A DNA stretch of 53,312 bases from a bacterium (GTDB lineage Bacteria; Fidelibacterota; UBA2242), in assembly GCA_018824205.1 (NCBI GenBank), contig JAHJGX010000162.1, forward strand, positions 1-53,312, read 5' to 3'. Positions within the stretch are counted from its first letter, which is position 1. The number at the start of each line of letters is the position of its first letter. The position numbers and the translations under genes are program-made. The notes under the pieces were generated by a model. It was not told the origin of the DNA, did not search any database, and saw only the letters and a list, made by a program, of their open reading frames with translations. Shown here one piece after another: positions 1 through 8,523 of this stretch.

Positions 1-137
1 AAAAGAGTTTAAAGAAGGGTGTTTTGTCACATATGCGGATGCTGCAGAAAATGCCTAAGCGTGTGATGAATTACTTTAAACATCCAAAGATTGCATACGC
101 AAGATGAATTACACAATTAATACCCGCCGGTTTAATA
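1..137 (+). mobile_element. 3' end of IS630-family insertion sequence (transposase C-terminus plus right end)
   Basis: Frame 3 (3..107) reads KSLKKGVLSHMRMLQKMPKRVMNYFKHPKIAYAR*, which resembles IS630 transposase C-termini. It is followed by ...CCCGCCGGTTTAA-TA, ending in the TA target dinucleotide typical of IS630. Not in the ORF track. Confidence 0.75.
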
Positions 138-517
138 ATATGGAGGGAAGATTTGCCGTTGCGGAGACATCTCTTCGTGCTACGACTCTTGCCCAATCCT
201 ATATTGAACTCGTCCGGTGCAACAGATTTGATGAAAATTATTCCCCGCCCTGGAGCATCTCTTTAGGACCTGAAGAAGCCGGTGAAAGTGATTATGATGA
301 TATAGATGATTACGCAGGCTATTCGAATTTCTCTATCGAAAAATTTCCCGGATATTCAGTATCTTTGCGTGTTTTTTATGTGAATCCTACCATTAGTTGG
401 GAGGACAGTGTGGGAAGCCAGACTAATTTCAAACGTATTATTGCAACCGTATCCCACAGTGAATTAGAATCGCTGTCAATTTCTACATTGATGTCCTCAA
501 GATATGATGTTCAATAG
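136..517 (+). pseudogene. Minor pilin/pseudopilin-like (MshD/PilV-like) gene, 5' part cut off by the IS
   Basis: LRATTLAQSYIE helix, YDDIDDY motif and KRIIATVS strand are typical of minor pilins. The GFxLxE prepilin motif is missing. The first ~11 codons of ORF 104..517 lie within the IS end. Confidence 0.65.
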
Positions 518-527
518 GTAATGTGAG

Positions 528-1112
528 ATGGAATCAATTAAATGGCGATATTGGATGAATTTATGCCGCTCTCTCAGATATAATCAATCCACAAAAGGGT
601 TTTCCCTTATCGAAATGGTTGTGGGAATAGGAATCTCTGCGGTTATAGTTGGAGTATTAGCTGTGACACTTGCAGGCAGCCTGAAAGCAGTATCTAATAT
701 CAGGAATAGGAAAGAAATCAGTCTTAAGGGTCAGGTAGCAGTATCCCAATTTCTAAGGGAGTTCAAAATGCTCGGCATTGGAAGCAGCATTTTGACAGCC
801 ACCGCATCGGAGTTAGAATTCACCAATAGATGGGGAAAGACGCTTGACTATACGTTAAGCGGTGGATCGTTTTACAGAAAGGAAAACAGCGGTCCTAATT
901 CGGTATTGTGCGATAGCGTAGTTACAGCTGCCAGCTGTTTTGCTTATTGGGACTCCAATCGAGTTGCGCTTACATCGTTTCCGCTTAGTCAGTCTGACAG
1001 AGATAATGTATGGTGGGTTTTGTTAACACTGGACCTGAGATATCATGGTCAAACTATCCGGTATGTTGAAAACGTTTTCCCGGAGAATCGAAAATTCTCA
1101 ATCATAGAATAG
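528..1112 (+). CDS. Prepilin-type N-terminal cleavage/methylation protein (PilW/PulJ-like)
   Basis: KG^FSLIEMVVGIGISAVIVGVL class III signal peptide. Confidence 0.85.
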   Translation: MESIKWRYWMNLCRSLRYNQSTKGFSLIEMVVGIGISAVIVGVLAVTLAGSLKAVSNIRNRKEISLKGQVAVSQFLREFKMLGIGSSILTATASELEFTNRWGKTLDYTLSGGSFYRKENSGPNSVLCDSVVTAASCFAYWDSNRVALTSFPLSQSDRDNVWWVLLTLDLRYHGQTIRYVENVFPENRKFSIIE

Positions 1113-1158
1113 ACATTTGTGAGAATTTTGAAAAAGGCGCTATTATTAAAGAGATGTT

Positions 1159-2568
1159 ATGAAGGGGATTAAGAGGAAAAACTTTATTTGTATCAGTCAG
1201 GCACCTGACCAATATGAATTGGATTGTAAAGTGATGCAGATAACGAGACTATACCATGCAGCTAAAAAAGAGGGTGGTTTTGTATTTTTATCCATTGCTA
1301 TCGGTATTACAGTAATTTTAGCATTGCTCACCGTCTTCTTAGCCAATTCTGCTTCTGTGCGTGTCACAGTTACCACGGATTTTATAGAAACGACCCAGAG
1401 CTACTATAATGCAATCTCAGGGATTGAGTATGCAATTGAAAAAATGAAAATCGATTTGCCGTCAGCTGTGGGGACATTTGAGCACGCAAATGGCACTGTA
1501 CAAGTTAATACTTCCACATTTGATTATTATGGAAATCCCTTGACCAGTGGGAAAACAAGGTTTATTTCAACAGGGCGTCATGGACAAACAGAGCGTCTTA
1601 TTGAAATCCTTGTAGAGTACAAGGTGGTTAGCAGCAATCCTCCCTGGGGCCCAATTTCTGTCGTTGATGAAGTGTCATCAGCGGAATTTAAAATCGAAAG
1701 CGAGTTTGCATTAAATGACTCAATTTTTATCGGCAAAAGTGTGGAAGTTGAAGAAACAGTAAGCTTGGGAGATCCGCCGGGAGATCCAACGTGTATCTAT
1801 GTTCCGGAAGGACACACAGTGACCGGATCTTTTGATGAATACTTTACCTGGTCGGAGCATCCGGAACCGCTTCCTGCTTTGCCCGATTTTGATCATACTT
1901 TTTATGACAGCCTTATTAGTATTGCTAATTCGATCACCTCCACCGGTGGTAACAAGTATAATGGTAATTTGACAATCGAGATGGAGTCCTTTGATCTCAG
2001 CCTGTATGAAAACAGTATGTACTTTGTGAAAGGCAAAGTTGTAATAAGTGGTGGTCGTATAACAGGCGGAGATTATTCCGGCAAACCGGGGATTTTAATT
2101 GCATCCAATCAGATTACCTGTAGTGAATATAAACCTGTTAGTCAAGAATCTATTATTGATGACAATATAATTTTTATTGCCGGTAGTGGATTAGAATTTG
2201 ACGATGCTAGTGAGTTCGGGGCGGATTGGTCGTCTATTACCCCCCCGGACCGACCGGCAACGTTTAATGAAGTTTATGCGAGAGGTGTGGTTGAAATTAT
2301 GGATGATGCAGTAGTTTGGGCATTATGCACTTCCTTGAGTGATTTGGTGTTGGGTGGAAAACTTTACGGAGTTGCCCATGCACCTACCACAAGAGTAGAT
2401 TTTATTAAAAGCACGTCTTTTCTTGAGGGCGCACTATTTGCAAAGCAGTTGAATAAAAAAGATATAGCGGAAATTGGTGTAATGAATCTGCATAATATCT
2501 ATCCGGTACAATTTTCTACACAATGTCGGGGATATAGGGTAATAGGGAATACGTGGAGGGAAATTTAG
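1159..2568 (+). CDS. PilX/GspK-like pilus assembly protein with large C-terminal domain (start probably ~1234)
   Basis: EGG^FVFLSIAIGITVILALL hydrophobic helix lacking E5; SYYNAISGIEYA PilX-type motif; follows two pilin genes. Confidence 0.7.
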   Translation: MKGIKRKNFICISQAPDQYELDCKVMQITRLYHAAKKEGGFVFLSIAIGITVILALLTVFLANSASVRVTVTTDFIETTQSYYNAISGIEYAIEKMKIDLPSAVGTFEHANGTVQVNTSTFDYYGNPLTSGKTRFISTGRHGQTERLIEILVEYKVVSSNPPWGPISVVDEVSSAEFKIESEFALNDSIFIGKSVEVEETVSLGDPPGDPTCIYVPEGHTVTGSFDEYFTWSEHPEPLPALPDFDHTFYDSLISIANSITSTGGNKYNGNLTIEMESFDLSLYENSMYFVKGKVVISGGRITGGDYSGKPGILIASNQITCSEYKPVSQESIIDDNIIFIAGSGLEFDDASEFGADWSSITPPDRPATFNEVYARGVVEIMDDAVVWALCTSLSDLVLGGKLYGVAHAPTTRVDFIKSTSFLEGALFAKQLNKKDIAEIGVMNLHNIYPVQFSTQCRGYRVIGNTWREI

Positions 2569-2569
2569 G

Positions 2570-2677
2570 AATGGTTAATGGTAAATGGTTAATGGTTTAT
2601 GGGTTGATAAGTAGTCATTCGGTGGTCATTACGCTTCGCTGTCATTGAATGACCATTGAATGACAACCGAGTGACTA
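2570..2677. repeat. Heptamer tandem repeat (AATGGTT-like x5) followed by imperfect inverted repeat
   Basis: AATGGTT AATGGTA AATGGTT AATGGTT TATGGGT at 2570-2604; TAGTCATTCGGTGGTCATT (2612-2630) pairs with AATGACAACCGAGTGACTA (2659-2677). Confidence 0.8.
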
Positions 2678-2704
2678 TCCGGTTACAAAAAAAAGGAGTT
2701 TGAA

Positions 2705-2914
2705 ATGATTGTAATTTTTCTGGTTATTGGCATAATCGCCCTTGTAGTAGGGATTCTCTTAATGGTGGCGCCAAAATTGTTATTGAGAGCAGGTGAAGTT
2801 CTTAACCGGGTTTTTTCCACGGAAGATGTTTTTTTTTCAAGACGATTGATGTGGGGAATTCTGTTATCAGCGGCTGGTATATACCTGATCTACATGTTTA
2901 TCCGGTTTTACTGA
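2705..2914 (+). CDS. Small membrane protein (two hydrophobic helices)
   Basis: AGGAG RBS; 69 aa with two TM-like segments. Confidence 0.75.
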   Translation: MIVIFLVIGIIALVVGILLMVAPKLLLRAGEVLNRVFSTEDVFFSRRLMWGILLSAAGIYLIYMFIRFY

Positions 2915-3072
2915 TAAAGAGTCGTGGTAAGGCAGAATATTTAAACCTGTCTGCTGTGGGCTCTGATAGAAAATACCATAAAGAGCTTCTATTCCCTTCA
3001 CAGGTAGCGCCTGAAGCCCTGTCACGTTCTCATAAAAACGGCATCTTTGAGGCTCGCTTTAAGAAAAAGTAA
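2915..3072 (+). pseudogene. C-terminal fragment of Hsp20/alpha-crystallin family protein
   Basis: LNLSAVGSDRKYHKELLFPSQVAPEALSRSHKNGIFEARFKKK matches the Hsp20 pattern RKYxKExxLP...YKNGILE; no credible start. Confidence 0.6.
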
Positions 3073-3160
3073 TCAAGAAATGCAAAATGAAATTCTAAAG
3101 AAAATAAAGATTTATCGGATTTTGTATTCAAAAATAGTCGGTTACACGAAACTTTGCACA

Positions 3161-3271
3161 TACCTTGAAAAGGTGAAATTAATGTATCGATGTGGCGAAT
3201 ACCTTGAAAAGGTGAGATCAATGTATCTATGTAAGTCAGAAGTGTTCTTTTTACCTTTTCAAGGTGCAATT
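3161..3271 (+). repeat. Dispersed repeat copy 1 (39-bp unit plus tail; MITE-like inverted ends)
   Basis: TACCTTGAAAAGGTGAAATTAATGTATCGATGTGGCGAA, then TACCTTGAAAAGGTGAGATC...TTACCTTTTCAAGGTGCAATT; nearly identical to 10600-10710. Confidence 0.95.
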
Positions 3272-3339
3272 AGGGAAAATCAGAAGTATGATGCAGATAA
3301 CAGTTTTTAAAAGAATTATTTGTCAACAGGAAAAAGAGT

Positions 3340-4155
3340 ATGGCTGAAAACAATTTTGATCTGCAGCGTCTCCTGGAAAAGATTTATAATGACAGGGGAT
3401 TCGATTTTCGGGAATACAGGGAAACAACCCTGGCCCGTCGTTTAAGAAGGCGCCTTTTTGCCCGGAAGGTTGACACCTACACGGACTATGCAGCAATTTT
3501 AGATTTGAACCCGGATGAGTACGAGAAACTCTTTAACGATCTAACGATCAACGTTTCCAGCTTCTTCCGGGATGCAGAGGTATTCAAAGCCCTGGAAGAA
3601 ACAGTCCTGCCCGCGCTTGTCAATGAAAATTCCAATCCGCTGAGAACGCTACGGATCTGGTGCGCGGGTTGCGCCACCGGTCAGGAACCTTACTCCATTG
3701 CCATCCTTCTGCATGAAATCCCCGGCGCTGAGATCGGGCGCCGCGACATTACGATCCTGGCGACCGATATAGATAACAAAGTGTTACAGCGCGCCCGGGA
3801 AGGCGTCTTTACAGAAAAGGAACTGCAAGATATCCGGCCGGAATATCTGGACCGCTATTTTGTGCCGGCTGATACGGGTTTTTCCGTCCGACCGGAAATC
3901 CGCAAGCCGGTCAATTTCGAGCGCCACGATCTGGTTACCGACCGGTTCCATTGCGATATGGATCTGATTGTCTGTCGCAACGTGCTCATATACTTCAGCT
4001 CTGCGCTGCAGCTGCGGGTGCTTCAGGGATTTCACCAGGCCTTGCAGCCCCGGGGGTTTCTGCTGCTGGGCAAGTCAGAGAGCCTGGCCGGCCGGCAGAA
4101 AGAGTTATTTCAAGCTTTGGACGCTAAGTTAAGATTATACCGGAAAGCGGGGTGA
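3340..4155 (+). CDS. cheR: Protein-glutamate O-methyltransferase CheR
   Basis: LTINVSSFFRD, RIWCAGCATGQEPYSIA, ATDID and CRNVLIYF motifs. Confidence 0.95.
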   Translation: MAENNFDLQRLLEKIYNDRGFDFREYRETTLARRLRRRLFARKVDTYTDYAAILDLNPDEYEKLFNDLTINVSSFFRDAEVFKALEETVLPALVNENSNPLRTLRIWCAGCATGQEPYSIAILLHEIPGAEIGRRDITILATDIDNKVLQRAREGVFTEKELQDIRPEYLDRYFVPADTGFSVRPEIRKPVNFERHDLVTDRFHCDMDLIVCRNVLIYFSSALQLRVLQGFHQALQPRGFLLLGKSESLAGRQKELFQALDAKLRLYRKAG

Positions 4156-4158
4156 GGA

Positions 4159-4290
4159 ATGTTTGGGCTTGAGTTAATAGATGAACAAAGAATCATTGAT
4201 GAAGCTTTACTTGATTCTTTAATGCAAGGGAATGGTGAAATTATAGCTATAACCGATTCATCGATCAAAACATCCCGGAAAATGAAATGA
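4159..4290 (+). CDS. Putative 43-aa small ORF between cheR and cheB
   Basis: MFGLELIDEQRIIDEALLDSLMQGNGEIIAITDSSIKTSRKMK*; fills the gap and overlaps the cheB start as ATGA. Confidence 0.4.
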   Translation: MFGLELIDEQRIIDEALLDSLMQGNGEIIAITDSSIKTSRKMK

Positions 4291-4901
4291 AATCTGAAAT
4301 CCAATCCGGCAGCCGCCGGACGCAAACAGGACATGTTATTGTCATCGGCGCCTCAGCCGGCGGAATCGACGCCCTTAAACAGGTTCTTGAACGTCTGCCG
4401 GCCGATTTGCCGGCGGCGGTAATCATTGTTCAGCACCTGAGCCCTTCCAAACCAACCCAACTGCATGAGTATCTGGATAAAATCTCCCCGCTGCGGGTTT
4501 ATCTGGCAGAGGACGGCGCGCCTATAAAAGATGGCGCCGCGTATCTCGCAGTGCCGGGACAGCATCTCAAGGTGGCGGAAAAACGCCTGGTCCTGAATAT
4601 GGATGAACCTGAGAATTACGTGCGTCCGGCCGTCGATGTCCTTTTCACGTCGGCGGCAGAATCCTTTGGATCCAAAACTGTCGGGGTCGTGCTGACCGGA
4701 ACCGGTCGTGACGGAGCGCGTGGCTGCCGGCAGATTAAAGCTAAAGGCGGCGCGACTATCGCGCAGGATGAAAAGACTTCGCGCAATTTCGGTATGCCGA
4801 AGGCGGCTATAGAAACGGGCGCTGTCGATTTTGTGCTGCCGCTGGAAAAGATCGCGGATAAAATTATTGAACTGGTATTCTATAAACGATCTGTTTCATA
4901 A
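4287..4901 (+). CDS. cheB: Protein-glutamate methylesterase CheB, catalytic domain only
   Basis: GASAGG, VQHL and LTGTGRDG supply the Ser-His-Asp triad; no receiver domain. Confidence 0.95.
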   Translation: MKSEIQSGSRRTQTGHVIVIGASAGGIDALKQVLERLPADLPAAVIIVQHLSPSKPTQLHEYLDKISPLRVYLAEDGAPIKDGAAYLAVPGQHLKVAEKRLVLNMDEPENYVRPAVDVLFTSAAESFGSKTVGVVLTGTGRDGARGCRQIKAKGGATIAQDEKTSRNFGMPKAAIETGAVDFVLPLEKIADKIIELVFYKRSVS

Positions 4902-4926
4902 ACCCAAAAATAAGAAGGAGAAGATT

Positions 4927-6762
4927 ATGAGACAAATACAAACAATTCGCTACGCACGGGGAGCCGGGGATCTGAATGCCCGCTGCACAACAAGTATCGA
5001 GGCTTTGAACAGGATGATTCAGCCCCGCACTACCCGGAACATCAAACGCGGTCATACATCCAAAGGAGTCAGGGATATCAATCGGATAGGCTGGGGAGCC
5101 TGGGAGGAGAAAGTAGCGAACACACTGCGCGTGATCGATACACAAGCCTATGATCGCGCCAACAGTTTTTACAGCGCCATGGACAAAACGCAGGAATTAT
5201 TCGGTGAAGTTCGCAAGCGGGAAGGGGAATTGCAAGTTGCCAATGAGGAAATGGAAGCCAATAATGAAGAACTGCAGGCTTCTAATGAGGAAATGGAAGC
5301 AAGCAACGAAGAGCTGCAGAATTTAACGGAAGAACTCGAACAGACCAGCGCCTACCAGAAGTCTCTCATGGATTCCAACCCGGATATTATTATGACGACC
5401 GATCCTTCCGGGATTGTTACGGATGTTAATATGGCAACGGAAAGAATCAGCGGCTACAGCAGAGAAAAGCTGATCGGGCAGCCCTTCGGGCAGTTTTTCA
5501 GCGACCCCGGCTTCGCCCAGACCGGCATTGAGCAGGTGATCCGGGAAGGCAGGGTCAGCAACTACGAACTGACCGTAGTCACCCAAAAGGGACGGCAAGT
5601 GCCGGTCTCATATAATGCCACCGCGCTGCGGGACCCCGACGGCCGCATCACCGGTGTGCTGGGCAACGCCCGGGACGTCACCAGCAGCAAACAGCTGGAG
5701 GAGGAATTGCGCAAATCTACGGCCTATACGCGCAGTCTTATCGAAGCCAATTTTGATTCCCTGGTCACCATCAGTCCCGAAGGCAAGATTACCGATGTCA
5801 ACGAGTCCACGGTCAAGTTGACCGGCGTGTCCCGCGAACAACTAATCGGCACCGATTTCTGCGACTATTTCACCGAACCGGAAAAAGCCCGGGAGGGATA
5901 CCAGCAAGTGTTGTCGAAAGACTCTATCATGAACTACCAGCTTACTATCAACAATAAAAGTAAACAAGAATTGGTCCCGGTTTTATATAACGCTTCCGTG
6001 TACCGGGACGAAGCGGGCAATGTCCAGGGTGTTTTTGCCGCCGCCCGTGATATCACCATTCTCAACGAAACGATGGCGGAACTCGGGCGGTCTAATCTGG
6101 AACTCGAGCAATTCGCCTATTTTGCTTCGCATGACCTGCAGGAGCCTCTGCGCATGGTAGTCAGTTACCTGCAGTTACTGGAACGACGCTACAAAGGTAA
6201 GATCGATTCCGACGCCGACGAGTTTATTGCCTATGCCGTTGACGGCGCAAACCGAATGGGGCAGTTGATCAATGATCTGCTGAAGTTTTCCCGGGTGGGC
6301 ACTGAATCAAAACCGTTTGAGTCAACCGATTGCACGGCTGTTATCGACAAGGTTCTTGCCAATCTGGAGGCCGCAGTCAAGGAAAGCGGCGCAGTAGTAA
6401 CTCACGATCCTCTTCCGGTTATTATGTCCGATGATGTGCAGTTGAACGAGTTATTCCAGAACTTAATCAGTAACGCCATCAAGTTCCGCGGCGAGCCGCC
6501 GCCGCACGTTCATATCTCGGCGAAGCAGGCGGAAAGTGAATGGATTTTTTCCGTCCGCGACGACGGCATCGGCATCGACCCGCTGTATAAGGATAAAATC
6601 TTTGTGATCTTTCAGCGCCTGCAGGACAAAGATTACCCCGGAACCGGCATTGGTCTGGCCGTATGCAAGAAGATTGTAGAATACCATGGCGGCCGGATAT
6701 GGGTGGAGTCGGAGCACGGAAAAGGCGCGACGTTTTACTTTACGATTCCGGTAAAGGAGTGA
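4927..6762 (+). CDS. Cytoplasmic histidine kinase: unknown N-terminus, EE-rich coiled coil, 2 PAS, Cph1-type HisKA/HATPase
   Basis: AAGGAG RBS before ATG 4927; (ELQxxNEE)n heptads; two PAS/PAC ending RDVT/RDIT; ASHDLQEPLR H-box; NLISNAIKF, DDGIGI, GTGIGL. Confidence 0.93.
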   Translation: MRQIQTIRYARGAGDLNARCTTSIEALNRMIQPRTTRNIKRGHTSKGVRDINRIGWGAWEEKVANTLRVIDTQAYDRANSFYSAMDKTQELFGEVRKREGELQVANEEMEANNEELQASNEEMEASNEELQNLTEELEQTSAYQKSLMDSNPDIIMTTDPSGIVTDVNMATERISGYSREKLIGQPFGQFFSDPGFAQTGIEQVIREGRVSNYELTVVTQKGRQVPVSYNATALRDPDGRITGVLGNARDVTSSKQLEEELRKSTAYTRSLIEANFDSLVTISPEGKITDVNESTVKLTGVSREQLIGTDFCDYFTEPEKAREGYQQVLSKDSIMNYQLTINNKSKQELVPVLYNASVYRDEAGNVQGVFAAARDITILNETMAELGRSNLELEQFAYFASHDLQEPLRMVVSYLQLLERRYKGKIDSDADEFIAYAVDGANRMGQLINDLLKFSRVGTESKPFESTDCTAVIDKVLANLEAAVKESGAVVTHDPLPVIMSDDVQLNELFQNLISNAIKFRGEPPPHVHISAKQAESEWIFSVRDDGIGIDPLYKDKIFVIFQRLQDKDYPGTGIGLAVCKKIVEYHGGRIWVESEHGKGATFYFTIPVKE

Positions 6763-6807
6763 TACGAATGCGAAATAAACAATTCAAAATTTTTAACAAA
6801 AAGGAGT

Positions 6808-7269
6808 GTGAATATGAATCAAAAACCTACGTCTGTTGATGATAATTCTATTGAGATTTTGCTGGTAGAGGACAATCCCGGCGATGTACGCCTGTTGCGG
6901 GAAGGGCTCAAGGAGGGTAAGGTACGCAACAGACTGAATGTGGTCGGGGATGGAGTAGAGGCTATGCTCTTCCTGCGCCGTGAGGGCGAGTACATTGATG
7001 CGCCTCGTCCGGACCTTATCCTGCTGGACCTGAACCCGCCGAAGAAAAACGGCCGTCAAGTTCTGGAGGAAATAAAAGCAGACAGCAACCTGAGGCGCAT
7101 CCCGGTGGTCATCCTGACCACCTCAAAAGCCGAAGCGGACATTATTAAAACCTATGACCTGCACGCAAACTGTTACATCGTCAAACCGGTTAATTTGGAA
7201 CGGTTCATCGAGATAGTACAAACCATCGAAAATTTCTGGATGACCATCGTGAAACTGCCGCCGGCGTGA
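6808..7269 (+). CDS. Rcp1-like single-domain response regulator
   Basis: [28 protein letters not shown] and C-terminal FWMTIVKLP typical of the Rcp1 group. Confidence 0.92.
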   Translation: MNMNQKPTSVDDNSIEILLVEDNPGDVRLLREGLKEGKVRNRLNVVGDGVEAMLFLRREGEYIDAPRPDLILLDLNPPKKNGRQVLEEIKADSNLRRIPVVILTTSKAEADIIKTYDLHANCYIVKPVNLERFIEIVQTIENFWMTIVKLPPA

Positions 7270-7340
7270 CCTTTGGAAAGGTATCGGGAAAATGAGCGGG
7301 CGATGGCAGTGAGCAATGTTAGTAACCCGAGGGGAAAGTT

Positions 7341-8204
7341 ATGAGAGACTTAACAAAGTCCGACAAGATCAGGGTTTTGTTGATCGAGGACAATCCCGGG
7401 GACGCCCGGCTGATCAAGGAGGCGCTGTCCGAAGCAGGCGACATGCAGTTTGAGCTGGAGTGGATCGATCGGTTGACGCCCGGGCTGGAACGCCTGGCAA
7501 CCGGAGAGTTCGATGTGATTCTGCTGGATCTGAATCTGCCGGACAGACCCTTTCACGGACTTGAGACCCTGCGAGAGGTTCGCGGCAAAGCGCCGGACAT
7601 GCCGATCGTGGTGCTAACCGGTTTAAATGATGAAAAAACCGGGCTCGGCGCAATTAAAGCAGGCGCCCAGGATTACCTGGTCAAGGATCAGTTGAATTCC
7701 GAACTACTGTTACGCACTCTTCGCTATGCGATTGAGCGTTATCACCTACACTTAGAACGCATCAAGTATGAAAGACAGCAAGAACAGGAACTGAACGACT
7801 TCAGGAAAATGACGCAGACTTCCACTACCATTACATCCAGGAGTTTTGGACTGGGGCCGCTGAAAGAATCACAGCCGACTATTTTTCATGAATTCGTATC
7901 CTCATTTGAAACATTTCTGGATAAAGCGATCGAAAAACGCGTTTATCAGGCGGACCATGATCTTTCAACGGAACTGCGGACAATGTCTGAAAAATTAGGT
8001 TTTATCAAAGCCGGTCCCCGGGACGTGATTGATATTTTTGTCACTGCCCTTGATAATAAATCAAAGGATGCAAATACGGAAAAAATCAAAGCATTCATGG
8101 AAGAGGGACGTATTTTAGTGATTCAGCTGATGGGTCATCTGATTTCATTTTACCGAAACTACTACGTTCAATATCAAAATATTTCAAAGTCGAACACAAC
8201 ATAA
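7341..8204 (+). CDS. kaiA3: KaiA3-like protein (receiver domain plus KaiA-like C-terminal helical domain)
   Basis: Intact REC ([19 protein letters not shown]). C-terminal [15 protein letters not shown]...[18 protein letters not shown] resembles the KaiA C-terminal motif. Directly upstream of kaiB-kaiC. Confidence 0.8.
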   Translation: MRDLTKSDKIRVLLIEDNPGDARLIKEALSEAGDMQFELEWIDRLTPGLERLATGEFDVILLDLNLPDRPFHGLETLREVRGKAPDMPIVVLTGLNDEKTGLGAIKAGAQDYLVKDQLNSELLLRTLRYAIERYHLHLERIKYERQQEQELNDFRKMTQTSTTITSRSFGLGPLKESQPTIFHEFVSSFETFLDKAIEKRVYQADHDLSTELRTMSEKLGFIKAGPRDVIDIFVTALDNKSKDANTEKIKAFMEEGRILVIQLMGHLISFYRNYYVQYQNISKSNTT

Positions 8205-8218
8205 GATGGGAGAGAAAA

Positions 8219-8506
8219 ATGGGCAAGCACACACTCAAATTGTATGTCACCGGTCAAACTCCACGGTCGCAACGGGCGATTGCCAATATCAGGGAAATCT
8301 GCGAAAAGGAGACTGATGGTGAATACGAATTAATCGTCATTGATGTATTAGAGAATCCGCAACTCGCGGAAGATGAAAAGATTATCGCCACACCGACACT
8401 GGTCAAGTTTCTACCGCCGCCTCTGCGCCGGATTATCGGTGATCTGTCCAATCAGGAAAAAGTATTGCTTGGGTTGGATTTATTCCCAAATAAAAAAAAT
8501 AGATAA
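8219..8506 (+). CDS. kaiB: Circadian clock protein KaiB (KaiB3-like)
   Basis: [47 protein letters not shown]. Confidence 0.97.
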   Translation: MGKHTLKLYVTGQTPRSQRAIANIREICEKETDGEYELIVIDVLENPQLAEDEKIIATPTLVKFLPPPLRRIIGDLSNQEKVLLGLDLFPNKKNR

Positions 8507-8523
8507 CCGGAAGGATAATTGTT

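Noticed and set aside
3030-3310. ORFs 3047..3310, 3030..3269 and 10486..10731 as proteins
   Set aside because: They are translations of the 39-bp (13-codon) repeat element; no independent coding evidence.
3340-4901. Chemotaxis operon
   Set aside because: No MCP, CheA, CheW or flagellar genes nearby, and CheB lacks its receiver domain.
4927-6762. Phytochrome/LOV photoreceptor
   Set aside because: The kinase core is Cph1-like, but there is no GAF-PHY region and no GxNCRFLQ motif.
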